Assembly: GCA_047495785.1 (NCBI GenBank)
Contig: JBLDXI010000001.1
Span: 3,100,001-3,164,000 of the forward strand
DNA length: 64,000 nt
Reading direction: 5' to 3'
DNA from: Lepidodermella squamata
Lineage: Eukaryota; Animalia; Gastrotricha
Part shown: positions 49,420 to 59,373 of the stretch, in pieces
Layout of the letters: each line of letters starts with the position of its first letter
Position numbering within the stretch: position 1 is the first letter of the stretch
The notes under the pieces: generated by a model
The model's database searches: none
What the model was told of the DNA's origin: nothing
The model's input: the letters and a program-made list of their open reading frames with translations, nothing else
Position numbers and translations under genes: made by a program

Positions 49420-51037
49420 GTTATTAGATGTTATTAATTTTTTCCCGCCATGCCTCTCGTTGTTTGGCTAGCTTAAGCGCCTCCGCCCAGCTGAGATTGA
49501 GCGACTCGAGATCTTTTTGTACGGTTGTCCTCCAAGTGGTCTTCGGTCGACCCCGGAACCTCTGGCCGATGGGCTGCCAGTATAGTGCCACTTTTGGAAT
49601 GCGATCGTACTTCATGCGAAGGACATGCCCGAGCCATTTCAACCGCCGCAGTCTGATCTCCTGAGATAGAGGTCGACAGCCAACCAGCCGGTGCAATTCG
49701 TAGTTGCTGATGACTTTCGGCCAGTGGATGCCACATATCCTGCGCAGGCAGCGATTGTAAAATGCATCGAGTTTTGCGAAATCAGCGGTTGTGTATCGCC
49801 AGCATTCTGCTCCGTATAACAAGATTGCTTTAACGATTGCGTTGAATATGCGGATCTTGATTTTGCGGGTGAGTTCTGTTGACCGCCAGACGTTGTTGAG
49901 GGTTGCATATGCCGCTCTAGCTTTCTTTAGCCTCTGTTTGATGTCAACACCAGTGCCGTCTAGGCTTATGACACTTCCCAGGTATTGGAAGTCACGCACC
50001 TCTTCCAGCTTCTCGTTGTCGATTTTCAGGCTGTCACCGATATCTGGCAGGTTGACTCGCATTACCTTGGTTTTCGCTACATTTATCTGGAGACCGACGT
50101 TTTCTGCGGTTTGTTTGAGTTTGTTGGTATTTTGTTGGAGATGTTTCGCACAGGTAGCGAGTAGAGCGATGTCGTCAGCAAAACCGAGGTCGTGTAGTTG
50201 TGTGAAAACAGTCCACTGGATCCCACATTGCGCTTTGTCGTTTGTGCACCGCATGATGAAATCCATGGCGATGCAAAATAATATCATCTTAGGCCGGATT
50301 TTGCGGAGTCAAAGTCCAACTACGTGTTGCTCTGATGGTCGATATGATAGCATCAATGGGATCAATGGGGCTTGGCAGCACGCGATTCTATCAATTGATT
50401 AATATAGTATGAAAAAAATCACACCCACCAACCCGACCAGCCCCACCATCGCGACCGACCCAGCAACAAGTAGTTGGACTTTGACACTGCATATCCAGAC
50501 TAAGATGCATCGGCGATATAACACAGCCTTGACGGACCCCCGAGTTCACGGCGAATTTATCCGACATGTCACCATTGCCGGTTAGAACGCTGCATTCGTA
50601 ATCTTTGTAGAAGATCGCGATCATGTTAACGATCTTGGCAGGAATGCCGTAGGATCGCAGGATTGCCCAAAGTGTTTCCCGATGGACGCTATCAAACGCC
50701 TTCTTGAAGTCGACGAAATTTATGATAGCGGGTGCATTCCATTCGAGGCATTGGTCAACTATGCACCTGAGCGCGAATATCTGGTCTATGCAGCTGTGTA
50801 GTTCGCGGAAACCGGCTTGTTCCTCGCGTATGAGTTCGTCTATTTGCTTCTTCATTCGATTTAGGAGAATTCGACAGAAAACTTTGCTTGGTATTGAAAG
50901 CAGGGTGATTCCGCGCCAGTTATCGCAGTTCGATAGATCGCCTTTCTTCGGTATCTTCACGATCAGGCCGTGGGCCCAGTCGTTTGGGATTTGTTCTTCG
51001 TTCCATATTCGTTTGAATTCCCCAAATAATATTCTGT
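49420..51037 (-). mobile_element. 5'-truncated RTE-like LINE (reverse transcriptase), split by an insertion
   Basis: IPKKGDLSNCDNWRGITLLS...EEQAGFR...FVDFKKAFDSV...GVRQGCVISP / FADD...FQYLGS...RRLKWLGHVLRM...GRPKTTWR. Confidence 0.92.
50285..50507. mobile_element. MITE inserted into the RTE reverse transcriptase (between SP and ILF)
   Basis: Imperfect ~45 bp TIRs CATCTTAGGCCGG...GTCAAAGTCCAACTAC / GTAGTTGGACTTTGAC...CCAGACTAAGATG; the RT reading frame resumes on the other side. Confidence 0.8.
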
Positions 51038-51512
51038 TTATTAAGGGTTTTGCTAAAATTCGCGAAAGTTGAGGAGATTTTATAACTTCTCAGCGGCGGT
51101 ATAATCGCAGGCCCAGTCATTAACATGGGCGATTATATTCCTGCTCGTACGCGACTATACGACCTGGTTTAGTCTATCAGTGATATAGCGGGTTGAAACT
51201 AAACTATACGGCATCAAAGCCAAGAACAGGTAAGCCACCGCCAAATACTCAATTTGACCGTATTCTTCCACTCATGTCTGCTCTTCACCCTCTTTACTCT
51301 TTGAGATTGGGCAGAAATTTCGCCGATTCCGCACCATTCAGTGTTATTCCTTTTCTCATCTGATCTCGTCTGAAAACTTGACAATAAGAAATTTCCATAA
51401 CAGCTAAAGAATTCCCCTGGATACTATTTCAATTTCTGAAATATTCGTTTGATAAGCTTTTTATAAGTATAAATAAGTATTGGCCCTAGCGTATCCCTAG
51501 CGTATTCCGTCC

Positions 51513-51710
51513 GTCAACTGAGTCAACTCAGCCATGACTTCTCAGCCTGCGACAACTCAGCCTTTATTTAATCGTGAAATTACTTAGCCCTATTACCATG
51601 CGAGCGGAGCGAGCATGTGATCCTGACTAAGTATTTAAAAGGCTGGGTTGTCGTGGGCTGAGTTGTCGTGATATCATTAGAATTAAGAAAAGGCTGAGTT
51701 GTCAAGGACT
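51513..51710. repeat. Small foldback element built of CAACTCAGCC / GGCTGAGTTG units
   Basis: About three direct copies on the left, three inverted copies on the right, central GCGAGCGGAGCGAGC; related units at ~63325-63530. Confidence 0.6.
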
Positions 51711-52389
51711 CAAATGTCTGTGGACCGGCCCTAGGGTTACTTCTCATAAAATATAAAAAGCTTATAAAATTTGCCAATTTAGAAGGATCATGAGACGTAC
51801 TATAGGACGCCGCGGCTTCGAAGCTCCCGTTACATGGGCCTCTTGAAGGCCGCGGACTGTGCATATCGGAATGTGCATACGAATTAAATTTTAGTCCAGT
51901 AATTTCGAAATTAAAGAAATTTTAATTTATAAAATTTTAATTTTTTAAATGTCAATAATTAAAAACTGATGATAATTCTTTTACAGCAAAAGATCGGCGT
52001 GACGCTGTGTAAAGATGTGTTGATCTCGTTGATCTTAAGCAAAAAAGAGGCTTGAGATGATTGCAAAAAGTGTAATGAGATGATTCATTGGTCGAGTTGG
52101 ACTTTGGACCTCATTAAAAATATCCCGCTTTTTCTGATTTTCTGCAAGCCACGGCGTCCTATAGTACGTCTCATGAGAAGGATAACTCGCTGTTTCTTAG
52201 AAGAAATTTCTATCGATAGCTGATCGCGCAATTCGTCAATGGCCAAAGAATCAAGGCAAACAGGAAATACCCGTTGATGCAATGAGCGTTCGAAAAATCG
52301 CAAATTTTGCCTACAAAAACAATGCATTTTGAAAAATTCAAATTTCGAAAAATGTTAGGTTGGAGTTTTTCATTTCAAATTAAGAATTA

Positions 52390-52645
52390 ATAGCGCTTCA
52401 AGGCCGATGCGCGAATGTTCTCTCTGATCATTTCGTACTCTATCGCCTGCCCCATCGCGAGCCTCAAGCAAGTGTTTCAACTTGTACTCCAGTACCGGAA
52501 TTTTATTTTATCCAGCGACTTCGGTCGGCCGTTTTCGTGAGCACAAATTCTTGTGCAGACGCGGGCCTTCAACCCGTGCCTCACTAGAACCACACTAGCA
52601 TACCCCATGCTAGTTGCCTGACCACTAGGCCACTGTGTCACCAGT
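52390..52645 (-). mobile_element. Possible tRNA-derived SINE remnant
   Basis: Minus strand has an A-box-like TGGCCTAGTGG (~52621-52631), a hairpin CTAGCAT-GGGGT-ATGCTAG and a degenerate B-box GGGTTGAAGGCC; no full cloverleaf. Confidence 0.35.
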
Positions 52646-52751
52646 GTCCTAGTGTGTCATTTGTGTCATTTCGTTTGCTCTTATATCGTTGCTCAAAAGC
52701 CCTTGCTCTATTTTCGTTCTTCAATTTTCGTTTGCTCAATTAGCATAGAAC

Positions 52752-55700
52752 TGTTGGTAGGTCATCTACGCGAGACGTTTTTTGTGTGCGAATTTCATTA
52801 ATTTAACTGAAATATAATTTGTTTGCAAAATTGTTGTACAATTATTTTTTAAGTTAATTTCCATTTTTACACAATTTACAAATCAAATGCAATTTTTTTA
52901 GAAATTTTTCAAATTTTTAGAGCGAAACAGTTGGCGAAATCGATGTTGCAACGGCCCCGAGCTGATTCAATCAGAGTCGCACCCAACTTCACCGGTTACG
53001 TCGACTTCATCCAACACTGAATATCCCCGAAACAGTGTACTTTGAATTTTCAGTTCGAAGTGCAAATTTGTATCCCTTTTTAATTTTTATTGCGAATGAA
53101 ATCCCTCCTCAAAATTGGAAAGCATTTGTCTATTGCTGTAGAAACGAATACCGCCTTGTTTTAGAACTACGAAACCTGAGTGCAGTTAGCTTTCTAAACA
53201 CTTTTAGCGCGTGCAATTTTAGCTAAATTGACCTGCCTATGAGTTCCGGAGCCTGGTCTCACCCACATAGGTATCACATTCATATTAATACAAACATAAT
53301 GCAAGGGCGAAAAATCGATTGCAAACCTCAGATATGAAAATGCTTGAATAAACGCATTTGAAAAAACTCATAATTACACCATGATAATAGGTGTATTCGC
53401 AACTTTTGTCGTAGTTGTTTCAAACGCCAGTGTTACCTTGGCGCAAAATGACCAGATTCGTCGAAAAGAGGGTACAGTCGCTATGCTGGCTCTCATACCG
53501 CAAAATGACGATATCTATGGACCGGTATGTCGCGAGGCGATTCAACTCGTAATCGACAAGATCAACCGAGCGACAAATGTCCTACCCGGCCTCCATATCG
53601 AAATAGAATACGGCAATGATCAGTGCGATGCAAATGTTGGGGTGAGCGAATTCTTTCGGCTAACCCGTCTGAAGAGAAGACCAAGTGCTGTTTTGATCGG
53701 ATCCACATGTGACAGCGTTTGCGAATCAGTCGGAGTGCTGCCGCAACTATTCTCGATGATTGAGGTTGCCACTGGATGTACCACGCCAACTATCTCACCC
53801 GGGCCGCTTTATTATTCATTCCACCGAGTTGCCACGCGGCAAGATCTGATATCGCTAGTTCGAATCTGGTTCATAAAGCTAATGAAATGGCGATATGTTA
53901 CAGTTGCAGCTGAATCCAGCGATTTAACCATGCAAGACGCTCTCAAATTCATTACTTCCTTTCACATTCATCTTGATAACATATTTACTGACCATTCTGA
54001 AATATACAACCCTGATGATACAGCTAGTGTGGTTGAACGATTGATGATGGCCGACTCACGTGTCATCCTACTGAACTGCGGCCCAGCAACTTGCCATGAA
54101 TTTTTATGCCAGGCCTTCAAAGTCAAACTCTACGGCCCTGATGTTGTTTTCATCCTCAACAACTGGATCACAATTGATGTCAACAACTCGTTCACGGACT
54201 GCAGACCTCAGGATTTAGCTGAAGTAGTAGAAGGTGCATTGTTCATGGGGTCCATTACCGAAGACCCTGACGTATTCACCACCTTGGGCTACAACCTATC
54301 TACATTTGACCAGGAACTTATTCAGAGACTGAATGGCAGTAACAAATGGCATGCTGCTTGGGTCAGCCGAACGCTATGCCACGATGCTGCTTTATTCGGC
54401 GCCCACGTTCTTCAACAAGCTAACTGGGACATGATGAGAGAAAATCGATCGCTTGTATGGGACTTTTCTGTGGAGGATCCTAGTTTTCTGCCTTTCATCA
54501 TGTCCGCTGCTAAAAAAGTTAACGTGACTGGGCTGAGGGGTCTTCTAAATTTGAGCCCATCTTACAAGCAGGAAATGCTGACAACTATGGAGGTTGTTCA
54601 GGTTCAAAACGGGACGAAACAACGGGTATTCCTGTACTATCCTAATAATGATCGAGACCCGAAAGTTATCGCGCCTTTGAAATGGAGAACGTCGGATGGG
54701 AAGGCCCCTTCAGACTGTTGTACCTTTCCCACAGTGCGAAGTCAGACTACAACACCGAGACCTACTACACCTGATCCGCCTGGTCCGAAGAATAAGACTG
54801 CGACAGTCTTCATGCTTGCAATGGTCCCTCAGGATTTGACTACTAACGGGCCTGTTTGTCGGGAGGCGATGCAGCTAGTCATCGATAAGATCAACACGAA
54901 TCCTGACATACTCCCCGGGCATAAAATCGACATCGTTTACGGGAATGACCAGTGTGATTCGCTTACTGGGGTTAGTGAGTTGATGCGTTTGACCCGTCTT
55001 AATCGTCCGGCGAGTGCTGTGCTGATTGGACCAACTTGCGATAATGTCTGCGAATCGGTCGAAGTTCTGCCTCACATGTTTTCAATGATTGAAGTAGCTG
55101 CTGGATGTGGAACTCCGAAGATTTCACCCGGGCCGCTTCGCTACTTCTCCTTTTACCGAGTTACAGCTCCGCAAGATCTGATCGCCCGTGTTCGATTTTG
55201 GTTCCTCAGCCGGATGAAGTGGCGTAGGGTTGTAGTGGTCTCGGAAATACAAGAAAACCTACAACGTGATACTGTCAACTTTGTCAGAGCAGCATCATGG
55301 GAAGGCGTTGAGATCTTATCGGTTGAGTTCTACTCCTCAGACCCTGCGCCTGCCGTCAATAAACTCAAAGCTTCTGATCTAGCTGGTGTAGTTATTCTGA
55401 ATTGCGGACCAGCTACATGCGCCAACTTCTTCTGCGAGGCCTTCAAAGCGAAATTGTATGGCAATGTGGTATTCATACTGAATAACTGGGTTAACCTTGA
55501 CTTCAATAAATCAAGAACTGATTGCCGATCTCAAGATCTAGAGAACGTCATCGAGGGGACACTATTTATGGGAAATATTAAGGAGGACCCTGAAGTCACG
55601 ACGTCTCTCGGTTACAATCTGACAGGCTTCGACCAGGAACTTGGTCGTCGGCTTAATGGCAGTACGAAATGGCAATCTTGGGGAAACAGGACATTATGCC

Positions 55701-56131
55701 ACGATGCAGCTTTGTTTGGAGCGAACGTCTTACACTACGCTGAAATCGGCATGCGACGCGCTAATCGGAACATAGCGAATTTTTCGCCAAAAGATCCAAG
55801 AGTTTTGCCATTTATTATGGACGCGGCGAAACGGGTAAACACAGTTGGCTTGCGTGGTCTTCTTCAAGTGAGCCCGAATTACACGCAGGAAATTCTCCCA
55901 ACAATGGAAGTTGCTCAGATGCAGAACGGTAGTGTGACTCGGGTTTTCTTATACTACCCAAATGGAGATCGGGAGCCTAAAGTTCTTGCGCCTCTGATGG
56001 TGACGTGGGCCGATCCATTTCCTCTGAATATGTCCACACCGCCTACCCCTAAAACTACGCCTAGAACAACAACTACCCAAGCACCTACCACAATTGATCC
56101 AACAGCCCCGAGGAACAAGTCTCTAACTGTT
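52752..56131 (+). repeat. Segmental duplicate of ~36148-40191, with deletions
   Basis: TGTTGGTAGGTCATCTACG at 36148 and 52752; a deleted remnant of the Ser-rich ORF at ~52920-53010; upstream region and CDS colinear up to AACAAGTCT.TAAC.GTT. Confidence 0.9.
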
Positions 56132-56185
56132 ACTGTTACTGTTACTGTTTTTATTGTGGCATTTTTTTCAACATTTAGCAATTAG
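53381..56185 (+). CDS. Two-domain Venus flytrap protein (934 aa), truncated paralog of 37340-42759 with a novel hydrophobic tail
   Basis: Intact single ORF with a signal peptide; domains 1-2 colinear with the first gene; ends SLTVTVTVTVFIVAFFSTFSN. Confidence 0.8.
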   Translation: MIIGVFATFVVVVSNASVTLAQNDQIRRKEGTVAMLALIPQNDDIYGPVCREAIQLVIDKINRATNVLPGLHIEIEYGNDQCDANVGVSEFFRLTRLKRRPSAVLIGSTCDSVCESVGVLPQLFSMIEVATGCTTPTISPGPLYYSFHRVATRQDLISLVRIWFIKLMKWRYVTVAAESSDLTMQDALKFITSFHIHLDNIFTDHSEIYNPDDTASVVERLMMADSRVILLNCGPATCHEFLCQAFKVKLYGPDVVFILNNWITIDVNNSFTDCRPQDLAEVVEGALFMGSITEDPDVFTTLGYNLSTFDQELIQRLNGSNKWHAAWVSRTLCHDAALFGAHVLQQANWDMMRENRSLVWDFSVEDPSFLPFIMSAAKKVNVTGLRGLLNLSPSYKQEMLTTMEVVQVQNGTKQRVFLYYPNNDRDPKVIAPLKWRTSDGKAPSDCCTFPTVRSQTTTPRPTTPDPPGPKNKTATVFMLAMVPQDLTTNGPVCREAMQLVIDKINTNPDILPGHKIDIVYGNDQCDSLTGVSELMRLTRLNRPASAVLIGPTCDNVCESVEVLPHMFSMIEVAAGCGTPKISPGPLRYFSFYRVTAPQDLIARVRFWFLSRMKWRRVVVVSEIQENLQRDTVNFVRAASWEGVEILSVEFYSSDPAPAVNKLKASDLAGVVILNCGPATCANFFCEAFKAKLYGNVVFILNNWVNLDFNKSRTDCRSQDLENVIEGTLFMGNIKEDPEVTTSLGYNLTGFDQELGRRLNGSTKWQSWGNRTLCHDAALFGANVLHYAEIGMRRANRNIANFSPKDPRVLPFIMDAAKRVNTVGLRGLLQVSPNYTQEILPTMEVAQMQNGSVTRVFLYYPNGDREPKVLAPLMVTWADPFPLNMSTPPTPKTTPRTTTTQAPTTIDPTAPRNKSLTVTVTVTVFIVAFFSTFSN

Positions 56186-56545
56186 TAAGGCGCCCCACCA
56201 CAGATCTAGCGTATTTTCGCAGATCATCAGCATTTTTCTTTACATAATTAATGAATACGTTGTGCGCACTGGTAATAATAGAAGAAGTAGGTGGTTCCAA
56301 GCGCCGCGAACGCGTCTCACGAAAGAATATTGAAAGTTCATTTTCCTGAACTTTTTCATTACAATAGCATGTGCTGGCAGTCGAGCGTTTTTCGGATATT
56401 TCGAAGAAGTTCGAAAACTCGGCATCAATTAAATTGTGGTAAAGCAGATCAAGCGCCGCATTTCAAGGGTAAACATTCCCAGTTTCTCCAGCCTCTCCTC
56501 ATAGGAAGCGCCTTCAATCGGTGTGTAATACGCGCTACGATATAA
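56126..56545 (-). mobile_element. 3' remnant of a CR1-type LINE with (AACAGT)n tail
   Basis: Minus strand encodes SYEERLEKLGMFTLEMRR and FQYSFVRRVRGAWNHL (CR1 RT C-terminal motifs), then AATAAA and four hexamer repeats at 56126-56149. Confidence 0.8.
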
Positions 56546-57579
56546 TGGTGCGCCCACAAACTAACTTCGGAGAGGGTGACTTCGGAGACCGAACTTGAAA
56601 CTTCGGAACACTCAAGCGAAATTTCGGTGACGTTATCAGTGGCAATTTCCGCGCGCGCGCGCGGCATGAGTCGTTCGAAGTTTCTATTGTTTGCGCGCCG
56701 AAGATTTCGAGTGCGCGCTCAAACTAGAGAAGGGACCGCACGGTAGAAACACATTTTTTTCAATTTCACTTTAATTCTCAAAATTCCTAAATAATAAGAT
56801 GCGAAATGCGACGACGATAACAAAAAGCTAAATTTCGACGCGAAATTCACCATTTTTCAGAATATATCAAAAACTAAATACAGGGTGTTTCAGAACTCAC
56901 GCACTATGAATAACCTGCGGCAAATGCGCGCGCTCTCCTTACCCGCGCACTGTTTACAGTTATATTAGCATAGATGCGCGTATACGAGCGTGTACGCGCG
57001 TGTATACTAGCCTATACAATATGCGTACACATGAATGTACAGCACACATAATAGCACATAATAGGCGAAAACCTTCGAGCCTCGATAAATTTGAGCTAAA
57101 TTTCATTAAGTATCTTTTTTAGTTCGAGGATGATGTCGTGTTTTTCTGAAAAATGCTGATTGAATGGGCTTTGAAGCTGAAGGTTTCGAAACAATTTCTC
57201 AATTTCTGTGGCTGGATATTTCAGAAACTAATACTTTCTGAGAAAATTCTGATTTGGCTTGATGTTGAATTTGTCGATAAATCGTTGAGAAAAAATGACG
57301 TAGTTTAAACCACTGGCGAATTTTCTACATCGAGTAAGGACAGAAAATCGAGGTTTGCAGTTCATTACGCGGAATTAAGGTAGCAGTTTGATTTCGTGAA
57401 AAACTATGCGAAATTTCCACGAAATTAATGCCATGACTACTAGGACAAAATGATGAAGGATAAAGAAAAAAAATTCGTGGCTGGAATTCTTAAAAGATTC
57501 TGAAGACCCCAGAAACAGTGAGAAACAGAAAGCGTTTTCCAGCCTTCAGTCTCCGAAAAACCGAGGATGGTAATTGCGT

Positions 57580-58200
57580 TTTTTCATATCATTAAACAGC
57601 CCAAGGGCTGCTCTACACGGTTGGTCAGAAGCGTCGAAAGTCTAACCACGAGAATCGCATAGGGACGCAAGTCAAATTTCACAAAAAGGGTCGTGAAGAG
57701 GCCGTTTTTGGTGAAAACGGGTTAACTTTGCGACCCTCCCTCTAGAAAACCCGTGGATGGAATTTTATTATCTTGGCATCGTTAGATAGCCTGATAGCTA
57801 CTCTACAAGGCTGGTCGTAAGCGCCGAAAGTCTATCCACGGAAATTGCGAGGGGACCCAAGTCAAATGTCGCGATAGAGAGGCTGCAATTTGGGCCAACT
57901 TGGCGACGTTTCTTCTCAACTCTCAACAACCCGTCGATAAATTTTTGATTTCTTGATATCGTTAGGTAGCCCAAGATGTGCTCTACAAAGCTGGTCCAAA
58001 CCGCCGAAATTCTTACCACGGGAATCACAAAGGGGCGCAAGTCAAATGTCGCAGTAAGGCCGCTTTTGGCTGAAATCGGATAAACTCAACGGCCCTCTAT
58101 CTTGAAAACACGTGAACGGAGTTGTTATTTCTTGGCATCGTTAGATAGCCTAAAACCTAATCCACAAGGCTGGTTGGAAGCGCCGAAAGTCTATCGTGGG
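57580..58200. repeat. ~180-bp tandem repeat (~3.4 units, alternating A/B), probably internal to a non-autonomous DNA element beginning TA|CAGGGTGTT at 56881
   Basis: CTTGGCATCGTTAGATAGCC-like anchors at ~57582, 57772, 57952 and 58131; CAAGTCAAAT recurs each unit; an inverted related copy at ~58715-58765. Confidence 0.75.
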
Positions 58201-59373
58201 ATTGCTTTCATTAGAGTGAATACAAATTAATTTAAATTTTTGAAGTCAAACCAGCTGATTACAACCCACTAGTTGAAATAATTTGCATAATATCTGTTTT
58301 GCAAATTCGAAATTAACTAATAGCCGCATTGAGAAACTGTCCGCTTTGAGATTTTCTTCATCGGTCAAACGGCTTCCTAGATATTTTGCAAGAGGACGGC
58401 TTAATTCTTAGCAATATTCCCATTTCTGACTGCAGTAGCGTTACAGTATTATCGTGTTTGATGTGCGTATGGCGCATATATCCGCTTGCATGCAATATAA
58501 AACGTATAACGCCATAACTGCACATTGTGTACGCATTACATTTCGTACACTCATGGCGGTGGTTGCGCTAACGATACTAGGAGTTACTAATATCGCCCAG
58601 CGGTTAGGAGCAGACTGGATGGAATGTCAACTGTCCTGGGCGAAAAGTTTTTACTACTTTTGTGACTTTTCTACATGAGATTCACCGTGGAAAGAACCAT
58701 TTGCTTAGTTCCCATCTGTAGAGCGTTTCCAGTGCTGTCCAACGATACCAAGGTATCAAAAATCCACCCAGTGGTTACAAGCCGTTGATGGACCGAATGT
58801 CACCCGGTTGAGAGAAAAATTGCATATCGTGCATATCGTAGTATCGCCATTCTAAGACATTTTAAATTATAAATCATATTATGTGCGAGCGAATCGAGCT
58901 TAAATTTATTGCGGAATTATCCGCTGGGGAGACTCTAAAAAATTGATTCAAATCAAATTTTCCGCATGTGGTCTATCCTGTAGAGCAGGTCTTGAACTGT
59001 TTAATGCAGTGGTTTTCAAATCAAGCCGCATACGGCCGGCGAGGCCCACTTTGGCGGCCGGCAGGGTCTGCCTATCTCTTGCATTGCGTGCGGCCGGTCG
59101 AAGGCAATAGTCTGGGATATCACAAAATGAGTGCAAATTTCGAGCAAAATTCCACTTATCCGGATGAAAAATAGCCACGATTTTCAGAAAAATGTCTAGC
59201 TGCGCTCACTTCAAAATCTTCCAATTCTTTTCGGTTGGAATTCGACAATTTAGAGAGAGATACCGATTTATTGGTGGTCTGCGTTACATAATTCTTAGTA
59301 ACATTGCCTTTAAGACACAGAGATATGAATTAATTTCAGTATAGGTGATATTTCTTAATAATAAGTATTGGTT

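Noticed and set aside
42760-53380. Downstream 7TM exons that would make the flytrap gene a normal class C GPCR
   Set aside because: No multi-TM coding sequence found; a stop and polyA signal follow the PPxD motif and the interval is transposon debris.
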